A stretch of 64,000 nt of DNA from Macrostomum hystrix (GCA_950097015.1 CATNEN010000041.1:2666001-2730000), one strand, 5' to 3'. Shown: positions 34,044-48,200, counted from the stretch's first letter. Numbers and translations are program-made. The notes: generated by a model from the sequence alone, not told the origin.

Positions 34044-34232
34044 TGTCTCATCTCTCCGCTGTCTCATCTCTCCCATGTCTCATCTCTCCGCTGTCTCATC
34101 TCTCCTCAGTCTCATCTCTCCCATGCCTCCCATCTCTCCTCAGTCTTGTCTCTCCCGTGTCTCATCTCTCCACTGTCTCATCTCTCCTCAGTCTCGTCTC
34201 TCCCGTGCCTCATCTGTCCCCTATCTCATCTT
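34044..34232. repeat. Degenerate pyrimidine-rich tandem repeat (tgtctcatctctcc-based)
   Basis: Repeated tgtctcatctctcc variants. Confidence 0.8.
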
Positions 34233-36486
34233 TCTACAGTCAATGCGGCCCGCTGCTGTCTTTTAGGTTCTCTTTTTGGCCCACTAGCTAATAAGTTTGC
34301 GGACCCCTGCAATAAACTATAGAAAATACTCATATATATACATTGCTTTCTACTTTATACTACTCAACTACTGTAAGTAGAGAAAACTTAAATATAGCAC
34401 TTTATGACACGGATTGAAAAGAGACAAGTATGTATGTCAATATGGTTGCCAAATAAGGAATAAAATTCAATCAATTATTCTTAACATATTCACTATAAAG
34501 ACAAATGAAGTCCTAAGAAGTGATACAAATGTATTTTTGTTTGTTAATTTTTGCTCAAACACGAAAATAATATTGTTTGTAAAATTATATTTTGCTTGTA
34601 TTGTTTCACTTCACAAGAAAATTAAATATGTTGCTTCCTTTGGACGTTGGATACTTTATTTAAAAGCTACAAGTATACCTGAAAGTTTGTGTCAACATGC
34701 ATGGGAGGGACAATTTTAGCATTTAGAAACATATTCTACTAGATTTGCCATTATTATAGTTAATGTGGGAGCTGACAAATTGACTACCACAAGCAACTTT
34801 GTTATAACACCTGTTGAATTTGTTAGTTAGGCCTAGGGCTGCACAAATAAACAAAAGGCAAAAGACACTGGGTAAAGTGTCAAGTGTTAGAAGCATTGAG
34901 TGTTTAGAAACAAAAAATTCTATTTGTGCTTATAAACTTGGTAATTTATTAAAAAATAATTTAAATCAAAGAATGTATTATGTGAAAAATAAATAAATAA
35001 ACAAAAATACATTAGCTAGTGCCAAAGAAGAATATATGCTCCTTAGTATATAAGTATATATAGGCCTAGCTATAAGACAATGGCTTTAGTTGCTTGCTTT
35101 ATAAAGACATAGTAGGCCCTATAGTCCACTGACTGCTTAAACTTTAAACAAAAATTTATTTTAGTAAAACAATTAAAATAGTTCAATATATTTAAAACTA
35201 AATTGTTTACTTTTTAAACTGGTTTCTTTATATTTATAATGCTTATGTTTAGGCCTATTACTATCTTAGCTCACATTGCCATTTCTTATCCTTTCTTGTC
35301 TTCTCTCCTCAGTCCCTTCTTTTTTTCTTCTCCTGTCCTACACTTCTTTTTTCTTTTCCTCTTGTCTTGTGTCTTTGCTAGTGTCTATCCCCATTCATTT
35401 TCTTGTTGTCATCCTTCTATTCTTTTGCTTTCATCCCTTCTTTTTACTATTTTCTAGTACTTGTGTTTTCCTTAACTACCTGTTTTACCTTCTAGATTTG
35501 CTTCTGCATACCCTTGTTTACAGAAATTTATTAAATGCAATTTTTGTAACTCTTACTAATCAATTCAGTTCTTGTGCATTTCGAAACATTTCTTGCTTGT
35601 TTCAACCTCACTTTTTCTAGTTGGTTTTAACCTTTAGTAGTTTTGACTTTTTTTTAGCCTACTTAATTGCAGAGACCTAAGGCACACACAAGCGCAGGAA
35701 CAGCAAGCCCCTAGGCCGGCGAACTAGGCGGGACTCACCCATTGCATCATCTAGACCCTTGGACATAGGCACTTCATACACAGCACCAAGCCAAGCGGGG
35801 AAGGGGGCAGCAGCCATAGTGTCTCTTACCCCAGGCCCACATATGCATAGAGCTAACAAAACCAGGGGAGGACTTAAATCCCTGAAGAGTAGAGACAAGA
35901 GGACCAAGCCATGCACGCAGAGGGCTTGTGAAAACTTGCCACTCAGAGCAGGCATGGCTCCCACCCCCCATAGAATGCCTCACACCTGGCCCAACGCATA
36001 TAACACAAATGCAAACAAGCTGGCATGCAAAAGCAGGGGTTAAGCTATTTTTAAATTAGCTTTGGTTGCACAGAATAAGGTGCATCTCCACAAGTCACTA
36101 CTTTGCAAACCTCCAACCAAACCCCAAAATAATCATGACTTGGAAGGAGGAATGAACCAACAACCATTGGAAAGTGAGGAAGCAACATTAGGCCTAGCCA
36201 CTGACCCACTTACCCCCATTGTAGTTTTGACTAAATTCCCTGTGTGATAAGCAGCAAGCATTTTTAACCTAAATGAATAAAAATATATCAGTTTTGGTAC
36301 TTTTTTAAATACATTAAAAATACTTTGTATAGGTCTTTACAGGCAGCTTGCCTGAGCCAAAATATCAAATCTAATCTTTTTATACAGAATCGGGAATGTA
36401 CCTTTGTTCTTACTTCTTATATAAAAAATGATAAACATCATTGTAGCGAGTCATACTGCAGTCTGCAGGATAGTGTGTAGGGCCGA

Positions 36487-37292
36487 ATACAGGACAGTTC
36501 GGTAACAGACAGTTCGGTAACAGACAGTTCGGTAACACTCAAGGACAGTTCGGTAACATACAGGAGACAGTTCGGTAACACACCGGGGACAGTTCGGTAA
36601 CAATTGAAAGTCAATAAAATCAATCTAGGTTTGTTCTAACAATGTATCTAGGTTACTATCGTTGCTAGGACACAACTGACTGATGTTACTGATGTATCTG
36701 AAACTGACACGTCATTTAGAGTGTGCAAGTAGGTTAAAGGCTCGTTCAAAGGGATGTACAAAGGGATGAAAAATTAGTGCAAATTGTGTGATCACACGAA
36801 ATTTGGCCTCACTTGATGACTGTATGAATGGGCCTTAAGTGTGCTAGTTGGCTGCTGAAATACGATTTATTGTAGCATTGATATCAATATACAAGAATTG
36901 TATTATATCAGCATCAACATGAACTGCAGCAACTGCAGTTGACGCTTGACTTGTTGCTTGACTCGCAAGTTTCATTTTAGTTTTTAGTTTTAACGTTTTA
37001 TTTTTTATTTGACGCCCAAATGTGAAATATGTAACATGCAAAATGCAACCTCATACTCATATTTCGAAAAGCTAAATATGGTTCGAAGTGCTATTGACTT
37101 TACTTTGTAACTTTACCAAACTAAATATAAAATAATTTCGCAAAAAACCCTTCCGATCCAGTTTAATCAATTGTTACCGAACTGTCCCTTGATATGTTAC
37201 CGAACTGTCCCTTGATATGTTACCGAACTGTCCTGTGGTGTTACCGAACTGTCTGTTACCGAATTGTCTGTTACCGAATTGTCCTGTTACCG
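36487..37292. mobile_element. MULE/foldback-like MITE, about 806 bp, with about 120-bp TIRs built from GACAGTTCGGTAAC sub-repeats
   Basis: Six sub-repeats ending in caattga on the left are mirrored by tcaattgttaccgaactgtc... on the right. Candidate 9-bp TSD tagggccga / tagggccta (1 mismatch). Confidence 0.75.
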
Positions 37293-39313
37293 TAGGGCCT
37301 ATATTAGCAATCAATCGAATAATTGATTAGCAATTAGGCCCTACAAATTTATTAGTACCTACACTACAAATACAATCTATTGAATCTAAATAAAGAGTTC
37401 GTTGACTGTAGGCCTATACATAAATAAATGCTTGCTATTATGGAATGTTAATGCTAGGCATAGGCCCTACTAAATATTATTTTTTGGCTGGAAAATGGTC
37501 AAAAGCATACTTAAATCCATGTTGAGTGGGGCCTAGTCATCCTGGCCTAGAATGTTATTAAATTCGTCATGTGTACAATACAAGCTTCTGCCTTTAATTT
37601 TTTAATTATAAAGTTTTTTGCTTTAGGCCTAGTAAAGATGCATACGTAGTGTAACGAGTATAATGTAAAGGGCTTAAATTTGTGAAGTCGCATTGAAGTA
37701 ATTGCAATTTCGGTCGCCTATTAAAGTAAGCTTGTTTTTACTTAGGCAGCATATGAACCGACACATTTCTAAGAAACAATTTCCTGCATATATTTCAGAT
37801 TCTTAGGCCTAAGTACTGCATGTGGAGTCATTTTTTAAGTTAGACCATCGCAATGCGCTAGCAACTAGTCGCAGTTTTTATTCTTGAAATTTCGTAAATT
37901 CGGAACTTAGGAGTAAATATTTTTTATAACACGAGCACATGTTAAACCAAAGTAAAGTAACTTTTAACCTGTTTAACCACTTTACGAAAATTCAAACACA
38001 TTTGATATGTTGATAGGCCTAGTGATAGTGACAAAAAACTTCAAATGTGGTAACTTCTTTTTGGGCCATATATATGAGCTTTGGCGTTCTAAAAAGTGTT
38101 TAATTTAGCCTAGTCACAAACTAGAAACTAAAACCAAATGTGGACTTTTAAGATTGAGTTTGTATCTAAGATTCCAAAGTGGTGTAGGGCATGATGTAGG
38201 CCTAATGCTTGGCTAGAGAATTGCCATGGTCATGCAATTTAACATTTTGTGGGCCAACCTCAAAAGACACAATAAAATTGTATACTGCCTGATATTGACA
38301 AGGAGAAAGTCTGGGCAGATGAACATTGTACACACCTGTCTGGGATTTGGTAGGCCTATCCAGGCATATGTGTGTGCCTGGATACTGTACTCGGAACTGT
38401 ACTGCACTCACATATTTTTGTGTAGGCCCTATGTGTGCACAGATTCAGCACAATGGCCAGAATTGCCTTCTTGCAGGCTGCAGGTTGAATGTACCAAATT
38501 ATGATTCAATACTTGGCTACACTGCAGGTTGATTAGATTGTCACCAAATTATGAGTGTATGCTCATAGACCTCAATATTAGGGCCTAAAGACCATCACCC
38601 TCCTCAAAATATTTAATTGTTATTGTCAGTCCTACATTAGAAAATATAGCCTAACTCTGTTTCTAATTAACATGTTGATGCAAGCAAGAAAAATAGTTTT
38701 AATTATATAGTAGACTAATGGTAATGGGCTTTGATATTGACCCTTTTTACAAAAGGCTATTTTTAGGCCTAGTAGCTAACTACAATTTGCTCAATTATGT
38801 TGAATTTGAACAATTGCTAGATTTAGAAAATCATAAGGTTTTCTTTTGATAAAAAACTCAAATTTGTCATTTTAACTAAGAATTGTTTTCATTAAATATT
38901 AAACACAAAAAGTCAAGCCAAAATGGCTATTAACAAAATTTTGTTGGACCATAAAGATTAAATAAAACAGTTTTTACTAAGAGTGATAATACACCAATAT
39001 ATTCCCTTGGTTATATATTAAGAGACAATATTCCAAATAGCTCATTTTTTATAACTATTTATATTCTCATATTTTCATTTCTTCTCCTCTTCTGATTAGA
39101 TACATATTAATAAGTCGAATTGCTATAGAATGTTTTTTTCATTGTAGATGCCCTGATGAAGGCCCTAATGCCCTGAACATTATTTCAAGATTTTGCAACC
39201 CAATATCAATAAAAACATCTAAAGTTTGCAACTCAATTTGAGAACTTGGAGTCCAAGGGTGCACTCGCAGACAATCTGTGCCAGCAGCCAGTGCTTTGAT
39301 CCAGGTTGAAGCA

Positions 39314-42197
39314 ATGAACAGCAGCATCTGCAATGCCACCGCCAACTGCTCGCTGCCTGGTGGCGGCGGCGGCCCCGGCTTTTACCTGTCCTATGGCACA
39401 ACATGGGTGCAGGTGTTTTGCACCTACTTCACGCCCATTGTGGCAATTCTTGGCCTCCTGGGAAACACCTGCTCCTTCATCATCTTGAAGGAGTCGGCCA
39501 CGAGGGTGTCGAGTCACTTCTACCTGTGCTGCCTGGCCATCCTGGACTCGCTCACCCTGCTGTCGATAATTTTCACCATCTGGCTAGCCGTCATCCTGCC
39601 TGGTTACTACTTTGTCATGTTCGGCCAGGTGGCTGCGTGGCTGCAGTCCGTCACCAGCAACTGCCAGGTGAGCGCCTTTGTGCTATTACCCAAAGACCAT
39701 CACAAGTTTATAAAGAATCACTGTCGCGGAGCACTTTGAATACATAATGAATAAAAGTGCAAGTGAACAATGGCCATCTCCAGGTGAGCCAGTTCCGGGT
39801 CTACATCTCCTTCTACTGCCGCATGGTGGCTGTGTGGACGGTGGTGATCCTGTCCGTGGAGCGCTGCATCTCCGTTACCAGCCCGCTGCGCTGGGGCACC
39901 CGGCTGTGCACCGTGCGCAACGGCATGTGGGCTGTCGGGGCGCTGGTGCTGCTGGCCGCGCCGTTCAGCATCTACGCCGTGTTCGGCTTCAGCTACAACG
40001 AGAAGTTCCAGACCTGCCGACCGACTGAGCACTTCTTCATTGGTGAGCTGCTTCTCACAGAGGATTGGGTGGCACTGCACTCAGCTGAGTCACTTTGAGT
40101 CCCAGCTCACAGAGGATTGGGTGGGCACTGCACTCAGCTGAGTCATTTTGAGTCCCAGCTCACAGAGGATTGGGTGGCACTGCACTCAGCTGAGTCATTT
40201 TGAGTCCCAGCTCACAGAGGATTGGGTGGCACTGCACTCAGCTGAGTCACTTTGAGTCCCAGCTCACAGAGGATTGGGTGGCACTGCACTCAGCTGAGTC
40301 ACTTTGAGTCCCAGCTCACAGAGGATTGGGTGGGCACTGCACTCAGCTGAGTCACTTTGAGTCCCAGCTCACAGAGGATTGGGTGGGCACTGCACTCAGC
40401 TGAGTCACTTTGAGTCCCAGCTCACAGAGGATTGGGTGGGCACTGCACTCAGCTGAGTCACTTTGAGTCCCAGCTCACAGAGGATTGGGTGGGCACTGCA
40501 CTCAGCTGGGTCACTTTGAGTCCCAGCTCACAGAGGATTGGGTGGCACTGCACTCAGCTGAGTCACTTCGAATCCCAGCGCTTAGAAGATTTGACTTAAT
40601 TTAGCCTCAGGACCGTCCGATGGCACAGCGTCAAGATGAAAGGCGCCCTTCGCGCTAATTGCATAAGAATTTGCTCGCTGGAGGTGCCCTTCTTGGGGAG
40701 AGAGTCACTGGATGCCTAATTTACTGTGACACCAGTGTGATCAGGGATCCATCGGACAGAAATTTTACTCGCAAGGTTTTTAAGCTGCAGCAACTTTCAG
40801 TTAGTGCTCAAGAAGCTCAGGTCGGGCCTGCAGAGCGGCCTGGCTATCCGAGTGGTCGATAATAAATAATAACGCAAGCTCTCAGGAATCCGTGCCATCT
40901 GACACAAATTCTATATTTTCTAACCTAATCATAGTTCGAACCAAAACTGAAGCACTTTCATTTAGGTGCAACTTTGAATCAGCAATTTCCACATTGAACC
41001 CACAGGAGCCCTGATGAGCAACATCCTGTTCTCGATTGTGCCCTGGATTGTCATCTGCGTTTCCAACGTGACGCTGGTCGTGGTGCTGCGCAAGCGCAAC
41101 CGCCGGTCCTCACAGGTAGATCGGAAGACCCTGCGCCAGGAGAACAGCGTGACCACCCGCCTGTTGGTGGTGTCAGTGGCCTTCCTCTGCTTCACCCTGC
41201 CGCTGGCCATCACCACCGGCATCAACAACTACTATGAGCTGAATGGGCTCAATGTGAGTGCCGCTGGGACACTGCTCACGACACCTTGCCATGGGGCCTA
41301 TTAGATAACTGAGTAAACCCTGAGGCATTCGGTAAACCCTGAGGCATTCGGTGAACCCTGAGGCATTCAGAGAACCTTGAGGCATTCAGTGAACCCTGAG
41401 GCATTCAGAGAACCCTGAGGCATTCAGTAAACCCTGAGGCATTCAGAGAACCCTGAGGCATTCAGTGAACCCTGAGGCCTTCATTGAACCCTGAGGCATT
41501 CAGTGAACCCCGAGGCATTCAGTGAACCCTGAGGCATTCAGTGAACCCCGAGGTATTCAGTGAACCCTGAGGCATTCAGTGAACCCCGAGGTATTCAGTG
41601 AACCCTGAGGCATTCAGAGAACCCTGAGGCATTCAGAGAACCCTGAGGCATTCAGTGAACCCTGAGGCATTCAGTGAACCCTGAGGCATTCAGTGAACCC
41701 TGAGGCATTCAGTGAACCCTGAGGCATTCAGTGAACCCTGAGGCATTCAGTGAACCCTGAGGCATTCAGCAAACCCTGAGGCATGGCAGCTCAGTTAGCC
41801 ATATGACAGCTCAGTTTACCGAACCGTGAGTCATCTCAGGAAGCCCTGTACCTCCACGCAGACGCACAAGACGGGCATCCTGGCCGACCTGTGGCTACTC
41901 AGTTTCGTCCTGTTCACAATCAACTTCGCCTCCAACTTCGTCCTGTACTGCCTGACCGGGCAGAACTTCCGCCGTGCCGCCGTCGCTCTCCTGCGCTGCC
42001 ACCTGGACAGCATGCGGCGCTTCCGGCGTCGTCTGGACCGCGGAGCCAGCGAATCCGCCAACAGCGCCGAGCCGCCCTCCTCCAAGCTGACGGCAGTTGG
42101 CAGCCTCACCGCGCAGGACGTGGCTGTCAAGCAGACGGCCGCCCTGCTGCCCAATAGCGACCGCCCAAGGAAGCTGCGGCAGGAGACTAACATCTGA
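39314..42197 (+). CDS. Rhodopsin-family peptide-type GPCR (FMRFamide/sex-peptide-receptor-like clade), copy A, 4 exons, 398 aa
   Basis: Exons 39314-39667, 39784-40042, 41006-41253 and 41862-42197, phase-consistent. Motifs GLLGNT, LAILDSL, LSVERCISV, FLCFTLPL and INFASNFVLYCLTGQNFR. Confidence 0.9.
40053..40575. repeat. 52/53-bp minisatellite, about 10 copies, in GPCR-A intron 2
   Basis: Unit ctcacagaggattgggtg(g)gcactgcactcagctgagtcactttgagtcccag. Confidence 0.96.
41312..41815. repeat. 19-bp minisatellite (about 25 copies) plus about two 21-bp units, in GPCR-A intron 3
   Basis: Unit accctgaggcattcagtga, followed by atgacagctcagttagccat. Confidence 0.96.
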
Positions 42198-43344
42198 TCC
42201 CCGCGTCACCACCGGACCCAGTAACCGAGCTGCTTGGCTTGGGGCGGTCCGGAGATCCGGTCACAGTTTGGAGTTGCTTCAGGATAGTTTTCACAGCCCA
42301 GTGTTGCTTTACAATTGGCAGGCTGTTTTATTTATGTTCCATTTTAGTCTTTAGCAACTGTCGGGCATTGTTCCTTCTTTTAACCCGTATTCGAACAGCA
42401 AACTGCATATCCATGCGTATGGCTTCTTTTTTATTGACTTTTAGGATTCGCGCTTTCGATTGACGAATCGGCGAGTATTTTGTGGCGCCTTGGCCGCCAG
42501 TTTCGACTGCATTCGTCTGTTCCCAGGCTTCTTTTGTTTGATTCCGACAGTTTTAAGACTGCGTGCTGTTGTTAACTCAATGCCTACCTGTTCCTGTAGA
42601 GTGATGTATTTAACTCTTTCTGTTGTGCGCTGTGCTCCTCTCCAGCCCGCGAAGTCTCCTGTCCGAGCTGCATTCCCGCATCTCTTTTGTGTTGTCTGCC
42701 GCCTATCATTAAACATTGCCTTTTCACAGTCATCCTTCACATTGCTCTGCGATTTTTTGCACTCTGACTTCTAACTGCTACTATGAGTAGTGCAGCTGGC
42801 CGCTGCTGCCCAACTGTTCCGCTCCCTCTGTGCAGGACCCGGCCCAGCGGACTCGAAACATTCGATTTTACTCCTCTTTGCTAGCCCGACTCTGTGCAAA
42901 TATGTATACTCCTATCCCGAGTAGCCTACTCACAGTAGACAGATTGCGCTGCTCCAAATGCTTCTATTTTTTTGAAATGCCGATAAATGAACCATTTCCA
43001 ATTGCTGTGCGGATTTACCAATTCTGTTGCTGCCCTGGCCTGCTGTCCGGCCCTCCTATTGTACAATACACCTGATCTCAGCGATCGTTTAACGCTTGTT
43101 TTGCATATCCATGCAGGCCTTTTCTGCGCGAAACACAGGCTTGTGTGAGCCTGGTCTTCGCTTCTTTGCTCTTCTGCAGCTTCTGTGGGGCGCACACTGC
43201 CACCCACTCACCCTACTGCTGAACCTGGGCACAGAGTTCTAGTGCCATTTTATATAGACATTGTTATGTCAGCAAAAAAAGGAAAGAAATGGCACTTTCC
43301 TTCAATGCTTGCGTTAAGAAGATGAAGAACACAAACACACTGCA

Positions 43345-43578
43345 AGGTGGGGAGCGGATTTGAGCACAAACACACTGCCAGTTGGGGAGCGGATTTGAGC
43401 ACAAACACACTGCCAGGTGGGGAGCGGATTTGAGCACAAACACACTGCCAGGTGGGGAGCGGATTTGAGCACAAACACACTGCCAGGTGGGGAGCGGATT
43501 TGAGCACAAACACTCTGCCAGGAGGGTAGCGGATTTGAGCACAAACACCGTGCAAGGGGGGAGCGGATTTGAGCACAA
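43345..43578. repeat. 35-bp minisatellite, about 6.5 copies
   Basis: Unit ggggagcggatttgagcacaaacacactgccaggt. Confidence 0.93.
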
Positions 43579-43640
43579 ATTACATAATAGGATGCGTGCA
43601 GCGAAATTACATAATAACCACATGCATTAGAGGAGTTTCC

Positions 43641-43810
43641 AAGGCTAACTGTATCAGCTGAAGATGGCTTGTCTGTAGTGCTGAGTTGGGTGTACTCAAA
43701 GGCTAACTGCGTCAGCTGAAGATGGCTTGTCTGCAGTGCTGAGTTGGGTGTACTCAAAGGCTAACTGTATCAGCTGAAGATGGATTGTCTGCAGTGCTGA
43801 GTTGGGTGTA
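43641..43810. repeat. 58-bp tandem repeat, about 3 copies
   Basis: aaggctaactg recurs at 43641, 43699 and 43757. Confidence 0.9.
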
Positions 43811-45242
43811 CGCATGGAGTTAACGCATGTTTTGTCTTGAAGATGTAAACAATTCTTTTTCTAAGATATTTTACGAGTGAAGTTTTAGATTTAAACAGGA
43901 CGAGGTTGCCGTAGAGGTGTATTCCATAGCTTATCTTCAGCTTTTCTGATCCAGGTTTCCATTTGCTTCAGACACGAGTGAAGCCGCTCGCACAGTTGGC
44001 AGGAAGCTTTTTCAGGTGAAGCTTTCATGCTGGGCATATGCACCTGTTCCCTCATAGGCTTGCGCCAAAATCATGGAGCACGCAGCACTAGGTACATACA
44101 TGTACATGGCTAAGTACCTGCGTACTTGGAAAATGTACGCCCTGCTGACACACCATAAATTAGCTATCATTTACCGCTTGCCATTTCATAATTCAAGCTG
44201 GTCTCCAGTGACAACGAATCATCTGCATCCACAGCATCCTGCACTGCCTCTTAGCGCCTCTTGCGCACACACTTTGTGAGTATACTCATGTGGACATTGC
44301 AAAGCTGCATGTTGGTACACGCCAAACCAAGTTCAAACATACTCGGCATGAATTAGCAAGGCCCCGAACTGATTGGTGCGGCGCGGAACCCGTGGTGCTG
44401 AAAGCCACCACGGCTGATGCGAGTAATAACCAACCCAGTGGCAACACCCAGATGCGTGTCCAATCTTGGAAAATAGGCATTGTGAGAGATACAATTCAGA
44501 CTACTGACAACAGTAGAACAGCAAAGACTTGGCTGCAAAACTCTCCCATAACACTAAAAAAACATCGCCATAAAAATGGCAAGCTTAAAAGAGACTTCTG
44601 TGCACACTGAGAGTGGTGGGAGAGGACTGCGTGTGGCTTTGGCTGACTGACGATGGCAAAACAAGCCAGAAACTGGTCTCGGTCTGCCAGCGCGAGGTTC
44701 GTTCCCCACTTTTAGTGTGTTACAGGCATCACGTGACAAATCTGAGTTAAAAGACTGAGTTAGGTGGCATCCGTATGTGTGATTCCAAAGTGTGTCCGCA
44801 TGATTCCGAAGGGCTGTGGCCGATGGGCAGGAGGTTCTGAATGAGGTTTGTCCTCATTCATGGCATTTATGCGTGTAGCCAATCACCAGAAGATTCCCAA
44901 GGTCGTTCTCATACTCTCATGTGTGTGTATCCCGTGACTAGGAGATTCCCTAGGACATTCCAATGCGTACATATTTAGCCCCTAGACCAGGGGATTCCCA
45001 AGGCCGTTCTCATACATTAGCAGTATTCTGTTTTGATATTTTTATGCCTGTAATTTGAATTTAACATAGATCTATTTCATAGTGAATGTTCTGGTGCTAA
45101 TAACATTACATCAAAAGTTCGCAACCAAATTTCAAATAAAATTACATCTACAGTTTGCAACTCAATTTCAGTTCTTGGAGTCCAAGGGTGCACTCGCAGA
45201 CAATCTGTGCCAGCAGCCAGTGCTTTGATCCAGGTTGAAGCA

Positions 45243-48200
45243 ATGAACAGCAGCATCTGCAATGCCACCGCCAACTGCTCGCTGCCTGGTGGCGGCGGCG
45301 GCCCCGGCTTTTACCTGTCCTATGGCACCACATGGGTGCAGGTGTTTTGCACCTACTTCACGCCCATTGTGGCAATTCTTGGCCTCCTGGGAAACACCTG
45401 CTCCTTCATCATCTTGAAGGAGTCGGCCACGAGGGTGTCGAGTCACTTCTACCTGTGCTGCCTGGCCATCCTGGACTCGCTCACCCTGCTGTCGATAATT
45501 TTCACCATCTGGCTAGCCGTCATCCTGCCTGGTTACTACTTTGTCATGTTCGGCCAGGTGGCTGCGTGGCTGCAGTCCGTCACCAGCAACTGCCAGGTGA
45601 GCGCCTTTGTGCTATTACCCAAAGACCATCACAAGTTTATAAAGAATCACTGTCGCGGAGCACTTTGAATACATAATGAATAAAAGTGCAAGTGAACAAT
45701 GGCCATCTCCAGGTGAGCCAGTTCCGGGTCTACATCTCCTTCTACTGCCGCATGGTGGCTGTGTGGACGGTGGTGATCCTGTCCGTGGAGCGCTGCATCT
45801 CCGTTACCAGCCCGCTGCGCTGGGGCACCCGGCTGTGCACCGTGCGCAACGGCATGTGGGCTGTCGGGGCGCTGGTGCTGCTGGCCGCGCCGTTCAGCAT
45901 CTACGCCGTGTTCGGCTTCAGCTACAACGAGAAGTTCCAGACCTGCCGACCGACTGAGCACTTCTTCATTGGTGAGCTGCTTCTCACAGAGGATTGGGTG
46001 GACACTGCACTCAGCTGAGTCACTTTGAGTCCCAGCTCACAGAGCATTGGGTGGCACTGCACTCAGCTGAGTCACTTTGAGTCCCAGCTCACAGAGGATT
46101 GGGTGGGCACTGCACTCAGCTGAGTCACTTTGAGTCCCAGCTCACAGAGCATTGGGTGGTACTGCACTCAGCTGAGTCACTTTGAGTCCCAGCTCACAGA
46201 GCATTGGGTGGTACTGCACTCAGCTGAGTCACTTTGAGTCCCAGCTCACAGAGCATTGGGTGGGCACTGCACTCAGCTGAGTCACTTTGAGTCCCAGCTC
46301 ACAGAGGATTGGGTGGGCACTGCACTCAGCTGAGTCACTTTGAGTCCCAGCTCACAGAGGATTGGGTGGCACTGCACTCAGCTGAGTCACTTTGAGTCCC
46401 AGCTCACAGAGCATTAGGTGGGCACTGCACTCAGCTGAGTCACTTTGAGTCCCAGCTCACAGAGCATTGGGTGGTACTGCACTCAGCTGAGTCACTTTGA
46501 GTCCCAGCTCACAGAGCATTAGGTGGGCACTGCACTCAGCTGAGTCACTTTGAGTCCCAGCTCACAGAGCATTAGGTGGGCACTGCACTCAGCTGGGTCA
46601 CTTTGAGTCCCAGCTCACAGAGGATTGGGTGGGCACTGCACTCAGCTGGGTCACTTTGAGTCCCAGCTCACAGAGGATTGGGTGGCACTGCACTCAGCTG
46701 AGTCACTTCGAATCCCAGCGCTTAGAAGATTTGACTTAATTTAGCCTCAGGACCGTCCGATGGCACAGCGTCAAGATGAAAGGTGCCCTTTCGCGCTAAT
46801 TGCATAAGAATTTGCTCGCTGGAGGTGCCCTTCTTAGGGAGAGAGTCACTGGATGCCTAATTTACTGTGACACCAGTGTGATCAGGGATCCATCGGACAG
46901 AAATTTTACTCGCCAGGTTTTTAAGCTGCAGCAACTTTCAGTTAGTGCTCAAGAAGCTCAGGTCGGGCCTGCAGAGCGGCCTGGCTATCCGAGTGGTCGA
47001 TAATAAATTGCTTTTAAGTTTGACATGACATGACATGAGGCAAGGCCCGTGGAACAAGTTGTCCCGAACACACGGTACAGATGCGCTAAAGAAAAGGCTA
47101 TTTTGGTTTTCGCCTGTTGAGCGGAAGTCTTTTAGCAAGTTCCTTCAGCATGCTGGGGTCTGATGCTGCGGCATTAATGTCACACTCATTTGTGACCGTA
47201 GAAAGAAGTCTAATGTGTCGACCAAGACGCAAAGCGGGTTTTTAAAGAGTGAGACATCCGAAATGGATGCCGTCAGTAACGCAAGCTCTCAGGAATCCGT
47301 GCCATCTGACACAAATTCTATATTTTCTGACCTAATCATAGTTCGAACCAAAACTGAAGCACTTTCATTTACTTCGGGTGTCCGGAAAGTCATGAGAAAA
47401 TGTTATTCTAACTACTTAGACACAAGCTATTGACAAGATACTGTACCATTCTAACACTTGACTTAATATATGTCTATGGCTGAAAGAGCTAGATTCTAGC
47501 TTCAAATTTGGGGGTAAGGCTGATGGTTATAACTTAGAAGTCTAGGCCACTGCAACGCAGAGGCAAAGCAAGCATCTATCGTTACTTTTTTCTTCATTGA
47601 TCCTTGCTGCAATGCTGCTGCTTTGAGATGGACGAGTTTCAAGCTTATGCTTATACCAGGTATAAGCTTGGTATATGTGCTCCTGATTGCCATGGAGAAC
47701 TGCTGAAAGTGCATGGAGATGTGGCGCCTGGTCTGTCGTCAGTGTACCGATGGTACACAAGGTTCCGTGACGAGTCGTACCCACTGGCCCAAGCTGCCCG
47801 TACTGGCCGGCCGAGATCGACGAGAACACCAGAGCTGATCGAGACCTGCAGAAATCTCGTGAAAGAAGACCCAAAAGTGAGTGTCAGAGATCTTGCTGAC
47901 TTCATGGAGGTTGGGAAATCAACAGTGCATGAAATATTGACTGAAGACCTGCAACTTCGCAATGTGTCTGCCGTGTGGGTCCCGCATGTTCTCTCCGAAG
48001 AGAACAAGGTTGCTCGCGTCAATTGTGCCAAGCACTGTTGATGCCAATCGCATCGTTGAATTCGTTCGACACACAGGTGACCTATGGAGGAGCCTCAGAT
48101 CACAGCCAATTCATTTGTCCGAAGTCTTGTGGCAGTGGGACAACGCACGACCTCATGTGGCCCAGCCTGTGCAGCAGTACATGGAGACTCGTGGAGATCA

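Noticed and set aside
39151-39180. CTGATGA...GAAC hammerhead-like motif
   Set aside because: The GAAA core is missing, stems are weak, and the motif is not conserved upstream of copy B.
44990-44999. GGGGATTCCC kappaB-like site upstream of GPCR-B
   Set aside because: It is a single 10-mer within a short local repeat, absent upstream of copy A, with no supporting evidence.
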